A stretch of 61,768 bases of DNA, filler included. It is 9 parts of 9 records of this genome, joined end to end, with 100 filler letters (N's around TTAATTAATTAA, not from the genome) between each part and the next. Parts side by side here need not be neighbours in the genome. Positions count along the whole stretch, not along the records: positions 47,553 to 55,506 come from SRR31156797_49997; positions 55,607 to 61,768 come from SRR31156797_50015; 7 more parts are not named here. One strand, 5' to 3'. The notes beneath the pieces were generated by a model. The model did no database searches. It had not been told where the DNA came from and worked only from the letters and a program-made list of their open reading frames with translations. This document shows, piece by piece, positions 50,892-61,768 of this stretch. The translations under genes and the position numbers were made by a program. Within the stretch, counting starts at the first letter, position 1, and every line of letters starts with the position of its first letter.

Positions 50892-51272
50892 TCAGTCTCC
50901 GCTCAGAAAGAGAGAGGCCGTTTCCGCCTTCTCCCTGGTGGGATAGCCGTCCAGATAACTGTCTTCCGCCCAACCGCGGAAGCTGTCCTTCTCGATATGA
51001 TACCAGACCGAGATCCCCCGCCGTTCCCTGATAAAGCGTATGGAATCGATGCGCACCAGATCCCCCTGACGCAGGGTCGTGACGATATGCTGATCGTCAT
51101 CGGGATCCCTGTTGATCTTCAGATAGGAGATATTGACCACACCCCAGCTGACGGTACCCGACATAATAGGGGTAGCCGGCATAGAGAATTCAGGGACAGA
51201 CTCCTCTTCCGCGCAGGCAAACAGCAAACAGGATGATAAGGCGAGCCACAGGATCGGAAGCCCCCTCATCAC
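50892..51272 (-). CDS. SH3-like domain lipoprotein
   Basis: lipobox LLFAC; WGVV..YLKI..LRQGD..WY..GW pattern. Confidence 0.65.
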   Translation of the reverse strand: MMRGLPILWLALSSCLLFACAEEESVPEFSMPATPIMSGTVSWGVVNISYLKINRDPDDDQHIVTTLRQGDLVRIDSIRFIRERRGISVWYHIEKDSFRGWAEDSYLDGYPTREKAETASLFLSGD

Positions 51273-53254
51273 TTATCCCCCTTCAGCTCGGCGATCTCGT
51301 CCCTCAGAACGGCGGCCTCTTCGAACTCCATATTCTTGGCCTTCTCGAGCATCTCCTTCTCCAGGGCCTTGATAAGCTTCTTCTTCTGGGCCGGATCCAG
51401 AAGGTTCACGTTCTCCTTCATCACGGCGACGGTCATCTTCTCGGCTTCCTTCTTCTTGTCTGCCTTCCGGAGGAGGATATCCTGGACCGCCTTCTTCACC
51501 GTCTCGGGGGTGATGCCGTTCTCCTCGTTATACCGCTGCTGGATCTCCCTTCTGCGGGCTGTCTCTCTGATAGCCTCTTTCATAGCGTCCGACTCCCTGT
51601 CGGCGTACATAAGGACCTGCCCGTTGGCGTTTCGGGCCGCCCGGCCTATGGTCTGTATCAGACTGGTGGTGGAACGGAGGAAGCCGATCTTGTCGGCGTC
51701 CATGATGGCGATCAGCGAAACCTCCGGGATATCCAGCCCCTCCCGGAGAAGGTTGATCCCCACCAGGACGTCGAACTTGCCCAGCCGCAGGTCCCGGATG
51801 ATCTCCACCCTCTCGATGGTTTCCACCTCGGAATGGAGATAACGAACCTTCAGGCCCAGCTCGGAGAGATAGTCGCTCAGATCCTCGGCCATCCTCTTGG
51901 TCAGAGTGGTGATCAGGATCCTCTCCTTCAGGTCAATCCTCTTCCGGATCTCCCCGTAGAGGTCTTCCATCTGCCCCTCGGTGGGCCGTACCTCGATCTG
52001 GGGATCGAGCAGGCCGGTGGGGCGGATGATCTGTTCCGCCACCAGTTCAGCCTTGGCGTACTCCTCTTTGCCGGGGGTGGCCGAGACATAGAGCATCTGC
52101 TTCCTGAATCCTTCGAACTCGGAGTAGACGAGAGGCCTGTTGTCCAGGGCCGAGGGCAGGCGAAAGCCGAAGTTGACCAGATTGGTCTTCCGCGAACGGT
52201 CCCCCTCGTACATGGCCCGGATCTGGCTCAGGGTGACATGGGACTCGTCCACAATGGTCAGGAAGTCGTCCGGAAAGTAGTCCAGAAGGACCTCGGGCCT
52301 CTCCCCGGCCTCTCTGCCGGAGAGATGGCGGGAATAGTTCTCTATCCCGGAACAGTAACCCATCTCCTCCATCATCTCCAGATCGTACTCGGTACGGGTC
52401 TTCAGCCTCTGAGCCTCCACGATCTGCCCTCGGGCTTCGAAAAACCCGACCTGCTCCTTCATCTCGCTGCGGATGTTGTCCAGGGTCTTATGTATGCGGT
52501 CTTCGGGCATGACGAAGTGCTTGGCGGGGTATACGGTGCACATGGGCAGATCCTCGAGGATCTCTCCGGAGACGGGATTGAAACGGCGGATGGACTCGAT
52601 CTCGTCCCAGTCGAAGCTGACCCGGTAGGCCTCTTTCAGATAGGCGGGATAGATCTCCATCACATCCCCCCTCACCCGGAACTTGCCCCGTTCCAGGACC
52701 ATATCGTTGCGCTCGTACTGCAGGCTGATCAGATTGCGGATGATCTCGTCCCGGTTGTAGTCCACCTCTTTCAGAAGCTGTATGCGCATGTCCTTATAGG
52801 AGGAGGGATTCCCCAGGCCGTAGATGCAGGAGACGGTGGACACGATCAGCACGTCGGGCCGCTCCATCAGGCTCATGGTGGCGGACAGCCTCATCCGGTC
52901 AATCTCGTCGTTTATGGACGAATCCTTCTCGATGTAGAGGTCCCGGGACGGCACATAGGCCTCGGGCTGATAGTAGTCGTAGTAGGATACGAAGTACTCC
53001 ACCGCGTTGCGGGGAAAGAAATCCTTGAACTCCCTGTAGAGCTGGGCCGCCAGGGTCTTGTTGTGGGAGACGATCAGGGTCGGCTTCTGGATCCGCTCCA
53101 CGATCTTGGCCATGGTGAAGGTCTTGCCCGATCCCGTAACCCCCTTGAGACAGGCGGCCCGGGAGCCTTTTTCAAAGGCGGAGGAGAGCTTTTCTATTGC
53201 GTCGATCTGGTCTCCGGCGGCTTCGAAGGGAGACTCTACCTTAAACTTTTCCAT
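51269..53254 (-). CDS. uvrB: excinuclease ABC subunit B
   Basis: GVTGSGKT, YYDYYQPEAY beta-hairpin, DESH, GINLLREGLD, QTIGRAARN, C-terminal FEEAAVLRD. Confidence 0.98.
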   Translation of the reverse strand: MEKFKVESPFEAAGDQIDAIEKLSSAFEKGSRAACLKGVTGSGKTFTMAKIVERIQKPTLIVSHNKTLAAQLYREFKDFFPRNAVEYFVSYYDYYQPEAYVPSRDLYIEKDSSINDEIDRMRLSATMSLMERPDVLIVSTVSCIYGLGNPSSYKDMRIQLLKEVDYNRDEIIRNLISLQYERNDMVLERGKFRVRGDVMEIYPAYLKEAYRVSFDWDEIESIRRFNPVSGEILEDLPMCTVYPAKHFVMPEDRIHKTLDNIRSEMKEQVGFFEARGQIVEAQRLKTRTEYDLEMMEEMGYCSGIENYSRHLSGREAGERPEVLLDYFPDDFLTIVDESHVTLSQIRAMYEGDRSRKTNLVNFGFRLPSALDNRPLVYSEFEGFRKQMLYVSATPGKEEYAKAELVAEQIIRPTGLLDPQIEVRPTEGQMEDLYGEIRKRIDLKERILITTLTKRMAEDLSDYLSELGLKVRYLHSEVETIERVEIIRDLRLGKFDVLVGINLLREGLDIPEVSLIAIMDADKIGFLRSTTSLIQTIGRAARNANGQVLMYADRESDAMKEAIRETARRREIQQRYNEENGITPETVKKAVQDILLRKADKKKEAEKMTVAVMKENVNLLDPAQKKKLIKALEKEMLEKAKNMEFEEAAVLRDEIAELKGDK

Positions 53255-53301
53255 TCAGTACTCTTCAATTGGATTTCAGCGGGCATTCGTCAGTACGGGG
53301 T

Positions 53302-54516
53302 TCAGCGTTCCGGCCGTTCGGTCAGCTCCACCTCGAGGCGCACCCTCTGCCTCCCGCGGACGACCTCCACCTCGACCGTATCACCCGGACGCGAGGCTTC
53401 CAGGGCTCCATAAAAGTCGGAAAGGCTGGTCACCGCCTCCCCGGCTATCCCCACGATGATATCCCCGCCGAGGTAGATCACCGATGAGCCGCTTCGCACG
53501 GCCTGGCGGGAGCTTCCGCCCTGGAGCCCCGCCTTTTCCGCATTCCCTCCGCTCACAACCCGGGAGACCAGGATGCCCTGGGAAACGGGTATTTTACCAT
53601 AGCGGACAAGGGAGGGGAACAGCTGCACGGGCACTATATCGATCCAGCCCCTCTGGACCTGACCGTATTTCATCAGATCGGGCACGACCCTTCTGGCCGT
53701 ATCCACGGGAATGGCGAAGCCGACGCCCACCGATCCGCCCGAGGGAGTGTAGATCATGGTATTGATCCCGATCATCTCGCCGTGGGTATTGATCAGAGGT
53801 CCGCCGGAGTTTCCGGGATTGATGGAGGCGTCCGTCTGAATCATATCACGGATCACCAGTCCCGAATCGTTCTTGAGAGGTCGTCCCAGACCGGAGACGA
53901 TGCCGGTGGTCAGGGTCCGTTCGAAGGCGAAGGGGTTTCCTATGGCTATGACCTTCTGCCCCACCCTCAGATTGTCTGAACGGCCGAAGGGGATGGTCAC
54001 CAGGTCCTTGTCGGCAGGATCGAATTTAAGTACCGAAAGATCGTTCTCATAATCCGTTCCCACCACCTCCCCTTCATACTGACTGCCGTCGGCCAGGGTG
54101 ATGTATACCTTGTAGGCCTTGTCAACCACATGGTTGTTGGTCAGGACATAGCCCCGCTTGTCGATGATGGCGCCGGATCCGGAGGAGCCTTCCTGGGGGA
54201 TGGGTTCGAGGAACCAGTTGTACCCCACCACCTCGGTGGTGATATTCACAACCGCCTCGTTGTACTGCTCGTAGATACGGATATTGGTCAACTCATCTTC
54301 CGAGTAGCCGCTGCTGTTCAGTACGGGAGAGCCAAGCTCGGGTCCCAGATCAGAGGGAATCACGTCCAGCTCGGTGACATCATTCTCCCGGAGGCCACCG
54401 GCATCGGCCTCCTTCTGACCGAAAGAGATCAACCCGAATCCGAACATCAGCAGAAAAACAAGGAGGCCCGTGGCCAGGGAGTAAAAAACAACCTGATTTC
54501 TGCTGTACAACCTCAT
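53302..54516 (-). CDS. htrA: HtrA/DegP-like serine protease with one PDZ domain
   Basis: N-terminal TM, TNNHV, DLSVLK, IQTDASINPGNSGGPL, GGDIIV. Confidence 0.92.
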   Translation of the reverse strand: MRLYSRNQVVFYSLATGLLVFLLMFGFGLISFGQKEADAGGLRENDVTELDVIPSDLGPELGSPVLNSSGYSEDELTNIRIYEQYNEAVVNITTEVVGYNWFLEPIPQEGSSGSGAIIDKRGYVLTNNHVVDKAYKVYITLADGSQYEGEVVGTDYENDLSVLKFDPADKDLVTIPFGRSDNLRVGQKVIAIGNPFAFERTLTTGIVSGLGRPLKNDSGLVIRDMIQTDASINPGNSGGPLINTHGEMIGINTMIYTPSGGSVGVGFAIPVDTARRVVPDLMKYGQVQRGWIDIVPVQLFPSLVRYGKIPVSQGILVSRVVSGGNAEKAGLQGGSSRQAVRSGSSVIYLGGDIIVGIAGEAVTSLSDFYGALEASRPGDTVEVEVVRGRQRVRLEVELTERPER

Positions 54517-54631
54517 ATATCTCCACTCCTCCGCTTATCTTCATAAAATACCTGAAAAAAAGAACTTTTTCAAACCTGAGGATAAAAATTATCCTTTTCA
54601 CAGAGACGGAGGAGCAAGGAAGGGGCCTGTT

Positions 54632-54940
54632 CTACAGGGAGAGGGCCAGCCAGGTGGCGCCGATGGAGATGACCACGGGGATGATAAGGTTCCCTCTCAC
54701 CGCGATCGCGCCGAGGGCGGCGGCGCCTATCCCCACGAGACCGGCCACGGGCATATGGGGTACGGCCTGAAGGGAGGCGGGAAAGATCAGAGCGCCGAGA
54801 GCCGCCACAGGCATTATGGTCAGGATCCGCTTGATAAAGCCGGGAAGTCTCTGCAGGGCCGGAGAGAGGAAGGGAAGGAGACGGATTCCATAGGTCAGGA
54901 AAGCGGTTCCGAAGAGGATCACTGCGACGTAAGAACTCAT
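54632..54940 (-). CDS. azlD: AzlD-domain branched-chain amino acid exporter subunit
   Basis: TYGIRLLPF..P.AALGALIFP; overlaps the azlC stop. Confidence 0.8.
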   Translation of the reverse strand: MSSYVAVILFGTAFLTYGIRLLPFLSPALQRLPGFIKRILTIMPVAALGALIFPASLQAVPHMPVAGLVGIGAAALGAIAVRGNLIIPVVISIGATWLALSL

Positions 54941-55506
54941 ATAGCGGCCTCCCGGGCCCGGGGCCTCGGCTTCAGGGATCCTGCGATAGAGGCCGCCAGC
55001 ATGGCCGCGACAAAAGACCAGCCCGCTGGCCAGTGAAAGCGGATGACCAACAGGGCGTTCAGACCGCCCGCCAGAAGGGCGATGAACAGATTATGGCTGC
55101 TCTTCCTGACCTCCGGAACGAGAAGGGTCACAAACAGAGCGTACAGGGCGATCCCCGCGGCCTCCTGAAAGCTTTTGGGAAGAACCGATCCGCCGAGGGC
55201 TCCCACCAGAGTGCCGCCGGTCCAGCCGGCATAGGCAACGAGCTCGACACCGTAGACATAGGAGACAGGCACCCTCCCTTCCCGGGCGCTGATCAGGCTG
55301 AAGTTTTCATCCGTCACCCAATAGGCCGCCAGGAAGCGGTCTATCGTCCTGGGAAAGTCTATCTTCAGCGAGAGGGACATGCTCATCAGCATATAACGGA
55401 AGTTCAGCAGGAATACAGAGAAAACAGCCTCCACCGGACTGACCCCCAGCATGATCATATTGACGGACATAAACTGCCCGGCCCCGGTTACGCTGACCAT
55501 GGAGAA
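54937..55506 (-). CDS. azlC: AzlC-family permease (5' truncated)
   Basis: GAGQF, NFRYMLMS, VTDENFS, W..GTLVG, ALYALF. Confidence 0.88.
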   Translation of the reverse strand, partial: FSMVSVTGAGQFMSVNMIMLGVSPVEAVFSVFLLNFRYMLMSMSLSLKIDFPRTIDRFLAAYWVTDENFSLISAREGRVPVSYVYGVELVAYAGWTGGTLVGALGGSVLPKSFQEAAGIALYALFVTLLVPEVRKSSHNLFIALLAGGLNALLVIRFHWPAGWSFVAAMLAASIAGSLKPRPRAREAAI

Positions 55507-55606
55507 NNNNNNNNNNNNNNNNNNNNNNNNNNNNNNNNNNNNNNNNNNNNTTAATTAATTAANNNNNNNNNNNNNNNNNNNNNNNNNNNNNNNNNNNNNN
55601 NNNNNN
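55507..55606. other. artificial contig spacer
   Basis: N44-TTAATTAATTAA-N44. Confidence 0.98.
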
Positions 55607-55910
55607 TGATCTCACCAGTGACTGTCTGACCGGTTCTAAGACCGAATCTTTTTATCATTGATGGTGGTATATATATGTCATCCGGACCCGGAAGGTAGTT
55701 ATATTTAGGACTTCTTAAAAAACCGAAGCCGTCAGGCAGTATCTGCAAAACACCTGTTGCAAGAATAGTTTCATTATTCTCAACAAGTTTCTGAAGGATC
55801 TCATAAACAAGTTCCTGTGATCTTTTAGAAGCAGCATTCTCAACACCGAGCTTCTCTGCCAATTTAACGAGTTCTTCGTTTTTCTTACTTTTCAGTTCCT
55901 GTAAATTCAT
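55607..55910 (-). CDS. rho: transcription termination factor Rho (3' truncated)
   Basis: [38 protein letters not shown]. Confidence 0.95.
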
Positions 55911-56068
55911 TCATTTCTCCTTAAAAATTAGTATAACAAAAAAAGTGTATATTTATTGATGAAGCTTTCATAAGCTTTCCTTTAAAAATTGCCGATTATC
56001 TGCCGGTTGCAGCACAAAGTGAACATAACGAAATCACAGTAAACTTAGTAACTAAATTGACTTTTTTG

Positions 56069-58459
56069 TCAAATAATTTGTTGGTGGCAAGCAGCATCGC
56101 TTCTAACCCTCTGATATTTAACATTGTTTTTATCAACCACAAGACAATTCTCAAGAACTGTTGCAGCTGATTTTACTGGGATTATCGTAATATTATCCTT
56201 TATTTCGCTAGGAATTTCCTTTAGATCCGGCAAATTATCTTCAGGAATATAAACCGTTCTTATGCCTGCCTTCTTTGCAGCCATTATTTTCGCCCTAAGT
56301 CCGCCTATCTTTAAAACGTTACCTCTAAGAGTCAACTCTCCTGTCATTCCGACAAAAGGCACAACAGCTCGTCCAGACATTAGAGATGCAACAGCTAGAG
56401 CGATAGCCATTCCAGCAGAAGGTCCATCTTTAGGTGTGGCTCCTTCCGGAAAATGTATGTGCAGAACATTTTTTTCCCACAGCTGTCTATCGTATTTAAA
56501 AAGTCTATCTGCCAGACTACGCACATAACTCACTGCTATATCTACAGACTCCTTCATAACATCACCTAAACTTCCTGTGATCTTTATCCCTTCCTGTCCA
56601 GGATATTTTATCGCCTCGATTTTTAGAACGACTCCGCCATAAGGAGTCCATGCAAGACCATTAACAACTCCGACTTCTTTTGCGTTGACCTTACATTTTT
56701 CATTATATTTTACCGGCCCAAGGTAATCTTCAATGTTTTTACCAGTGATAACGACCCTTTTCTTCTCAAGACCTTTTGAAGCTTTTTTCAAACTGAGTTT
56801 TCTACAGATCTTAGATATTTTTCTCTCAAGATCCCTAACACCGGACTCAGATGTATATCCATCTATCAGCTCTGACATCCCTGTCTTTGAAAAAGATAGC
56901 GATACCCCTTCAACACCATTTATTTTCTTCTGCTTTGGAATTAGGAACATCTGTGCAATTTTCTTTTTTTCAAACCAAGTGTAACCATCTACTTCAATTA
57001 TCTCCATCCTGTCCTTTAAAGCTGGAGGGATCATTGAAGCGTCGTTTGCAGTAGCAACAAAAAGAATATTACAGAGATCAAATTCCATATCAACGTAATG
57101 ATCGATGAAGGTACTATTCTGCTCCGGATCCAGAACTTCAAGAAGTGCAGATGCCGGATCACCACGGAAATCATTAGCCAGCTTATCTATTTCATCAAGA
57201 AGAAAAAGCGGGTTGTTGACCTGAACTTTTTTCAAAGACTGGATTATCTTCCCTGGCAATGCTCCAATATATGTTCTTCTATGTCCCCTAATCTCTGCTT
57301 CATCTTTAATTCCACCAAGAGACTGTCTTGCGTATTTTCTCTGAGTCGCCTTAGCAATTGATGCAGCTATCGATGTTTTTCCAACACCTGGAGGCCCAAC
57401 AAGACAGATAATCGGAGACCGGAGATCGCCTTTAAGTTTAAGAACAGCAAGGTATTCCAGGATTCGCGTCTTAACTTCCTTTAATCCAAAATGGTCCTCA
57501 TCAAGGATTTTTGAAGCTTTTTCTATATCGATCCGGGAGCCTGTGCTTTTTCTCCATGGAAGCTTTATCATTGTTTCAAGATATGTACTGATAACTCCGC
57601 TTTCTGCACTCATTGGGGGGATCATTTCATATCTGCGATATTCTTCGTGCAGTTTATCCTTTACCGCTTCCGCCGCATCAAGGTTATCAATTTTTGTTAA
57701 GAGCTCATCTTCATAGGTCTGTCCACCTTTTTCGTCACCTGAAAGCTCTCCTTTTAAAGCATTTATATGCTCATTTATAAAAAACTCTTTCTGACCATTT
57801 TCAAGCTTTTCTCTTACAGACGTCTCTATTGTACTTTCAAGCTCTCTGATCTCAGCTTCCATCTTCAGAACCGTTGTCATCTTTCTGAATCTTTCCAGCA
57901 GGTTAGACTCTTCAAGGATGTTTTGCATATCAAGCGGATTTGTCGCTTGAAAAAAAGAAGCTGTAACATCAAGAAACTTTTCATTATTTTCAATTTTTAA
58001 TGCATCAAGAACGATGTCTTCCGGAATCTCCATTCCCTGAAAATAATTTGAAAGACTCTTCTCAAGTATTTTTCTTACATTTTTCACTGACGGGTCTTTC
58101 TTACCACTTGACCTGAAAGAAGCCGTAGCTACTTCATAAAAACCTTTTTTATTCCAACTCAGATCCTTAAGAACAGCTCTTTTAGATCCTTCAATAAAAA
58201 CATGATAGATATCACCGGGGCCTTCAACAACCTGAATAACTGAACAGATGGTTCCGACAGTAAAAAGATCAGTATGATCAGGAGAATCTATATCCGGATT
58301 TTTCTGTGTAATAAGAATGATCTCTCTGTTTTCAGACAAAAGAGCTTCCTCTATCGCCTTAATTGAGAAATCCCGACCCACTTTAAAGGTGATGTTCGTA
58401 AAGGGAAAAACAACAGTATCTTTTATGGGGAGAAGAGGAAATTTTTTGATGGGTATCAT
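56069..58459 (-). CDS. lon: ATP-dependent protease La
   Basis: LON N domain, GPPGVGKT, RGHRRTYIGALPG, LLDEIDK, PKDGPSAG catalytic Ser. Confidence 0.97.
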   Translation of the reverse strand: MIPIKKFPLLPIKDTVVFPFTNITFKVGRDFSIKAIEEALLSENREIILITQKNPDIDSPDHTDLFTVGTICSVIQVVEGPGDIYHVFIEGSKRAVLKDLSWNKKGFYEVATASFRSSGKKDPSVKNVRKILEKSLSNYFQGMEIPEDIVLDALKIENNEKFLDVTASFFQATNPLDMQNILEESNLLERFRKMTTVLKMEAEIRELESTIETSVREKLENGQKEFFINEHINALKGELSGDEKGGQTYEDELLTKIDNLDAAEAVKDKLHEEYRRYEMIPPMSAESGVISTYLETMIKLPWRKSTGSRIDIEKASKILDEDHFGLKEVKTRILEYLAVLKLKGDLRSPIICLVGPPGVGKTSIAASIAKATQRKYARQSLGGIKDEAEIRGHRRTYIGALPGKIIQSLKKVQVNNPLFLLDEIDKLANDFRGDPASALLEVLDPEQNSTFIDHYVDMEFDLCNILFVATANDASMIPPALKDRMEIIEVDGYTWFEKKKIAQMFLIPKQKKINGVEGVSLSFSKTGMSELIDGYTSESGVRDLERKISKICRKLSLKKASKGLEKKRVVITGKNIEDYLGPVKYNEKCKVNAKEVGVVNGLAWTPYGGVVLKIEAIKYPGQEGIKITGSLGDVMKESVDIAVSYVRSLADRLFKYDRQLWEKNVLHIHFPEGATPKDGPSAGMAIALAVASLMSGRAVVPFVGMTGELTLRGNVLKIGGLRAKIMAAKKAGIRTVYIPEDNLPDLKEIPSEIKDNITIIPVKSAATVLENCLVVDKNNVKYQRVRSDAACHQQII

Positions 58460-58468
58460 TGTGTTAGA

Positions 58469-59737
58469 TCAGGCTCCTTCTTTGCCGCTTTTGCTTTTTT
58501 TGTCTTTTTTCTTTCTTGTGACTTTTACACACTCATCTCCGGAACTGACGACACCGGGAGTGATTATTACTTCCTGAACTTTGCTCTTTTCATCAGGAAC
58601 AGTGAACATTATATCAAGCATTGAGGATTCCATTATCCTTCTTAGCCCGCGAGCTCCTGTTTTTAATGAAACAGCTTTCTTTACGATCTCTTTTAAAGCA
58701 TCATCCGTAAATGAAAGCTCTACATCGTCAAGTTTAAAAAGATTCTTATACTGGCTGATAAGAGAATCTTCAGGCTCAACAAGAACTCTATAAAGATCGT
58801 CTTCGTCAAGTTCATTCAAATATGCAGTAACTGGAAATCTTCCTATCATTTCCGGAATAAGTCCGTACTTTAAAAGGTCTTCCGGCTGAATTTCTGAAAG
58901 TATCTTTTTTCCTTCATCAACTACTTTTGACTCTTCAGTACCAAAACCGAGCTTTTTCTGACCGATTCTTGTACCAATGATCTTTTCAATCCCTTCAAAA
59001 GCACCGCCGACTATAAAAAGTATGTCAGAGGTGTCGATCTTTAGATACTCCTGATGAGGATGTTTTCTTCCACCTGTTGGAGGAATATTTGCGACAGTGC
59101 CTTCAATTATTTTTAGAAGTGCCTGCTGAACACCTTCACCACTTACATCTCTTGTGATCGAAGGATTGTCAGTTTTTCTAGATATTTTATCGATCTCATC
59201 AATATAAATTATTCCCTTTTCAGCCTTTTCAATATCATAATTCACGCTCTGAATTAGACTGAGAAGGATGTTTTCAACGTCTTCACCAACATAACCGGCC
59301 TCTGTAAGTGCGGTTGCATCAGCAATAGCAAAGGGAACATTTAGCTGCTTTGCAAGAGTTCTGGCAAGCAACGTTTTTCCACTTCCGGTAGGTCCAACAA
59401 GAAGTATATTACTTTTTTGTATCTTTATCGCTTTTCCTTCAGGTGCATTAACTCTTTTGTAATGATTATAAACCGCAACTGCTAAGACCTTCTTTGCATA
59501 ATCCTGGCCAATAACCCAGCGGTTAAGCTGTTCATTTATTTTAACAGGTGTCGGAAGATCTCCGCTCTCGCGAGCTCCATCAAAAGAAACATCTTCGTCT
59601 TCTTTTAAAATATCATTACAAAGGTCAACACATTCGTTACAGATATACGCACCACGGCCGTAAATGATCCTGTCAACCTCTATCTGGGATTTTCCACAGA
59701 AAGAGCATTTTATAACCGTTTTATCTTTCTGTGTCAT
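58469..59737 (-). CDS. clpX: Clp protease ATPase ClpX
   Basis: CSFCGK..ICNECV zinc finger, [33 protein letters not shown]. Confidence 0.98.
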   Translation of the reverse strand: MTQKDKTVIKCSFCGKSQIEVDRIIYGRGAYICNECVDLCNDILKEDEDVSFDGARESGDLPTPVKINEQLNRWVIGQDYAKKVLAVAVYNHYKRVNAPEGKAIKIQKSNILLVGPTGSGKTLLARTLAKQLNVPFAIADATALTEAGYVGEDVENILLSLIQSVNYDIEKAEKGIIYIDEIDKISRKTDNPSITRDVSGEGVQQALLKIIEGTVANIPPTGGRKHPHQEYLKIDTSDILFIVGGAFEGIEKIIGTRIGQKKLGFGTEESKVVDEGKKILSEIQPEDLLKYGLIPEMIGRFPVTAYLNELDEDDLYRVLVEPEDSLISQYKNLFKLDDVELSFTDDALKEIVKKAVSLKTGARGLRRIMESSMLDIMFTVPDEKSKVQEVIITPGVVSSGDECVKVTRKKKDKKSKSGKEGA

Positions 59738-59748
59738 ACTCGCCTCCC

Positions 59749-60354
59749 TTATTTTCTTTTAACAACACTGTCTATAAGACCGTATTTTACAGCGTCATCA
59801 GCTGACATAAAGAAATCTCTTTCCATATCCTTCTTAAGGGATTTTTTGTCTTTTTTACTATGATCATGAAGGATATCAGTAAGTTTTCCTTTAAGAAAAA
59901 GGATCTCTTTTGCCTGAATCTCAATATCCGTTGCCTGACCACGAAATCCGCCCATAGGTTGATGTATCATGATCCTGGAACTTGGAAGAGAAAATCTCTT
60001 GCCTTTTGCGCCGGCTGCAAGAAGAACTGCACCCATACTTGAAGCTTGTCCAACGCAGATCGTTGCTACATCTGGCTTCACATACTGCATGGTATCATAT
60101 ATTGCAAGTCCTGCAGTAACTGAGCCTCCCGGGCTGTTGATATAAAGCTGAATATCCTGCTCAGGATTCTGAGCTTCAAGAAAAAGCAGCTCAGCAATTA
60201 TCAGGTTCGCCACATCATCAGTAACCTGGTCACCTAAAAAGATGATCCTGTCTTTTAAAAGTCTGGAATAGATGTCATAGGCCCTTTCACCACCACCTTC
60301 CTTTTCCACGACCATTGGTATAAGTGATAATTCAGGAGTGATCTTTTCAGTCAT
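59749..60354 (-). CDS. clpP: Clp protease proteolytic subunit
   Basis: [35 protein letters not shown]; start ATG 60354. Confidence 0.97.
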   Translation of the reverse strand: MTEKITPELSLIPMVVEKEGGGERAYDIYSRLLKDRIIFLGDQVTDDVANLIIAELLFLEAQNPEQDIQLYINSPGGSVTAGLAIYDTMQYVKPDVATICVGQASSMGAVLLAAGAKGKRFSLPSSRIMIHQPMGGFRGQATDIEIQAKEILFLKGKLTDILHDHSKKDKKSLKKDMERDFFMSADDAVKYGLIDSVVKRK

Positions 60355-61648
60355 CTTTCTTTTCCTCACTCTCTTCTTTTTTCTCAACTTCTATAAAGTT
60401 CATCTTTTCAGCAATCATATCAAGAACCTTAGATTCTCTGATCTCCATTCTCTTCGCTGCAATCTTTTCTTCGCCGTACATTTTTTTAAGGTTTTCAACA
60501 TATTCCGGTGGAAGACCATAGTTTGCCGCTTCAATCGCAAGAACCTTGTCAACTTCCTTTTCTGTTACCTGAACCTTAAGTTTTTCTGATAATTCATTGA
60601 GAATAATGTATCTTTTTGTAACCCACATAGCATCTTCTTCAATTTTCTTAAGCGCTTCAGCTTCAATTTCTTCTACTTTATTCTTCTCTGTATATTCTTT
60701 TTTTCTATGCTCTATCTCATTGTTGAGAATTGTTGGAGGAACCTGAAATTCAAAACTCTTAACATAGGTATCGCTTGCAATATACTTCTTATTGTCGTTG
60801 TTGAGATTTTCTATATAGAGATGGATCTGCTTATCAAGCTCTGTTTTAAGCTCTTCAACTGTATCCGGATAACCTTCTTTTCCTTTAAGGAATTCATCAG
60901 TAAGCTCAGGAACTTCTGTCTGACCTTCAACCTTGTGAACTTCTATGGCGAACTTAACTGTCTTGCCAGCAAGTTCAGGAGCTTGATAGTCCTTAGGAAA
61001 AGCAACATCAGCTTCAAACTTATCATCTTTCTTCCTGTCAAAAAGAGCCTTTTCAAAATCAGGAACGAATTTGCCTTCTCCAAGAGTTGCAGGAACATTG
61101 TCGCCTTTTGTTCCGTCAACAGCTTCGCCGTCAATAGTGCCGGTAAAAGAAATAACAAGCCTGTCCTTATCAGCTGAAGCTTCTTCTTTTTCAGAATATT
61201 CAATAAATCTTTTCTTTAAAGACTCAAGCTCCATTTCAAGCATGTCGTCTTTATATTTCAGTGGAGAATATTCAGCGTCAAAAGTCTTAAGTTCTATATC
61301 TACGTTTGGAAAGATCTCTACCTTATATTTAAAAATAAAGTCATTTCCTTCTTTAAGGTCACCCTGCTCAATAATATCAGGCCTTGTAGCAAACCTGAGA
61401 TTCTCTTTAACGGCAGTATCCTGAACACCGGAAGAAAGGAAGTGGTTAAGTGCATCATCCTGAATATTCTTTCCATAAAACTGTTTTACAACGTTAAGCG
61501 GAACCTTTCCTTTTCTGAAACCTTTAATGCTTACTGTTTTTGAAAGGTGTGAAAGAGAAGTGCTAATGTTTTCGTTTACTTCTTCAGCTGAAAATGTAAC
61601 TTCGACTTCTTTTTCGACATCACTGAGATGATTTAATTTGTAATCCAT
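60347..61648 (-). CDS. tig: trigger factor
   Basis: [10 protein letters not shown] ribosome-binding motif, FKBP domain (FVPDFE..FPKDY..LAGK). Confidence 0.95.
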   Translation of the reverse strand: MDYKLNHLSDVEKEVEVTFSAEEVNENISTSLSHLSKTVSIKGFRKGKVPLNVVKQFYGKNIQDDALNHFLSSGVQDTAVKENLRFATRPDIIEQGDLKEGNDFIFKYKVEIFPNVDIELKTFDAEYSPLKYKDDMLEMELESLKKRFIEYSEKEEASADKDRLVISFTGTIDGEAVDGTKGDNVPATLGEGKFVPDFEKALFDRKKDDKFEADVAFPKDYQAPELAGKTVKFAIEVHKVEGQTEVPELTDEFLKGKEGYPDTVEELKTELDKQIHLYIENLNNDNKKYIASDTYVKSFEFQVPPTILNNEIEHRKKEYTEKNKVEEIEAEALKKIEEDAMWVTKRYIILNELSEKLKVQVTEKEVDKVLAIEAANYGLPPEYVENLKKMYGEEKIAAKRMEIRESKVLDMIAEKMNFIEVEKKEESEEKKDD

Positions 61649-61698
61649 GATTTTCCTCGTTTATTGCTTCGTTTTCAAAAATACCTTTGGAAAAGATC

Positions 61699-61768
61699 TG
61701 GTGCGAAAGGGGGGACTCGAACCCCCACGGTCTCCCGCTAGATCCTAAGTCTAGTGCGTCTGCCAATT
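61699..61768 (-). tRNA. tRNA-Leu(TAG), 5' end cut by window end
   Basis: minus strand ..AATTGGCAGACGCACTAGAC-TTAGGA-TCTAG, variable arm, GGGGGTTCGAGTCCCC T-arm, encoded CCA end; tRNA-Leu upstream of tig is a common arrangement. Confidence 0.93.

Noticed and set aside
51233-53413. 726-aa plus-strand ORF
   Set aside because: Antisense shadow of uvrB in GC-rich sequence; no recognisable motifs
55607-61768. tRNA-Leu as a possible integration site and the protease cluster as a novel system
   Set aside because: tRNA-Leu-tig-clpP-clpX-lon is a standard housekeeping arrangement; no att duplication or integrase follows the tRNA

Overview
This window is not one locus. It is nine unrelated contigs joined by eight identical 100-bp artificial spacers (44 N + TTAATTAATTAA + 44 N), so adjacency across spacers means nothing. 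Taxonomic labels are inferred from protein style and synteny, not from searches. (1) 1-6996, Desulfovibrionaceae-like housekeeping: sfsA, VOC protein, hemW, queH, DUF116, fmt, def, aspS, with REP-like hairpins. (2) 7097-13143, phage/prophage tail region, probably spirochaete-associated: a 1275-aa mosaic fibre, two short collar-type fibres and a class-3 lipase. (3) 13244-21585, Methanosarcinaceae-like archaeon: PGF-CTERM surface protein, KaiC/RAD55 ATPase, Nif3, aTrm56, AMP phosphorylase, deaminase, MscS. (4) 21686-29176, Clostridia-like: nine co-oriented genes (radical SAM, GT4, PlsY, DegV, DUF212, Zn-ribbon protein, two membrane proteins, an 11-mer amphipathic repeat protein), with a shared 43-bp box in front of two of them. 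This is the best candidate for an undescribed membrane-lipid remodelling system. (5) 29277-35142, Vibrio-like: amidohydrolase, rnr-rlmB-rpsJ-rplC. (6) 35243-42017, Desulfobacterota-like RND pump plus kdnAB. (7) 42118-47452, xylA-xylB-oxidoreductase-TIM barrel sugar operon. (8) 47553-55506, spirochaete-like: yggS, low-GC marR-MATE cassette, uvrB, htrA, azlCD. (9) 55607-61768, tRNA-Leu-tig-clpP-clpX-lon-rho. No CRISPR array, integrase, transposase or reverse transcriptase was recognised.
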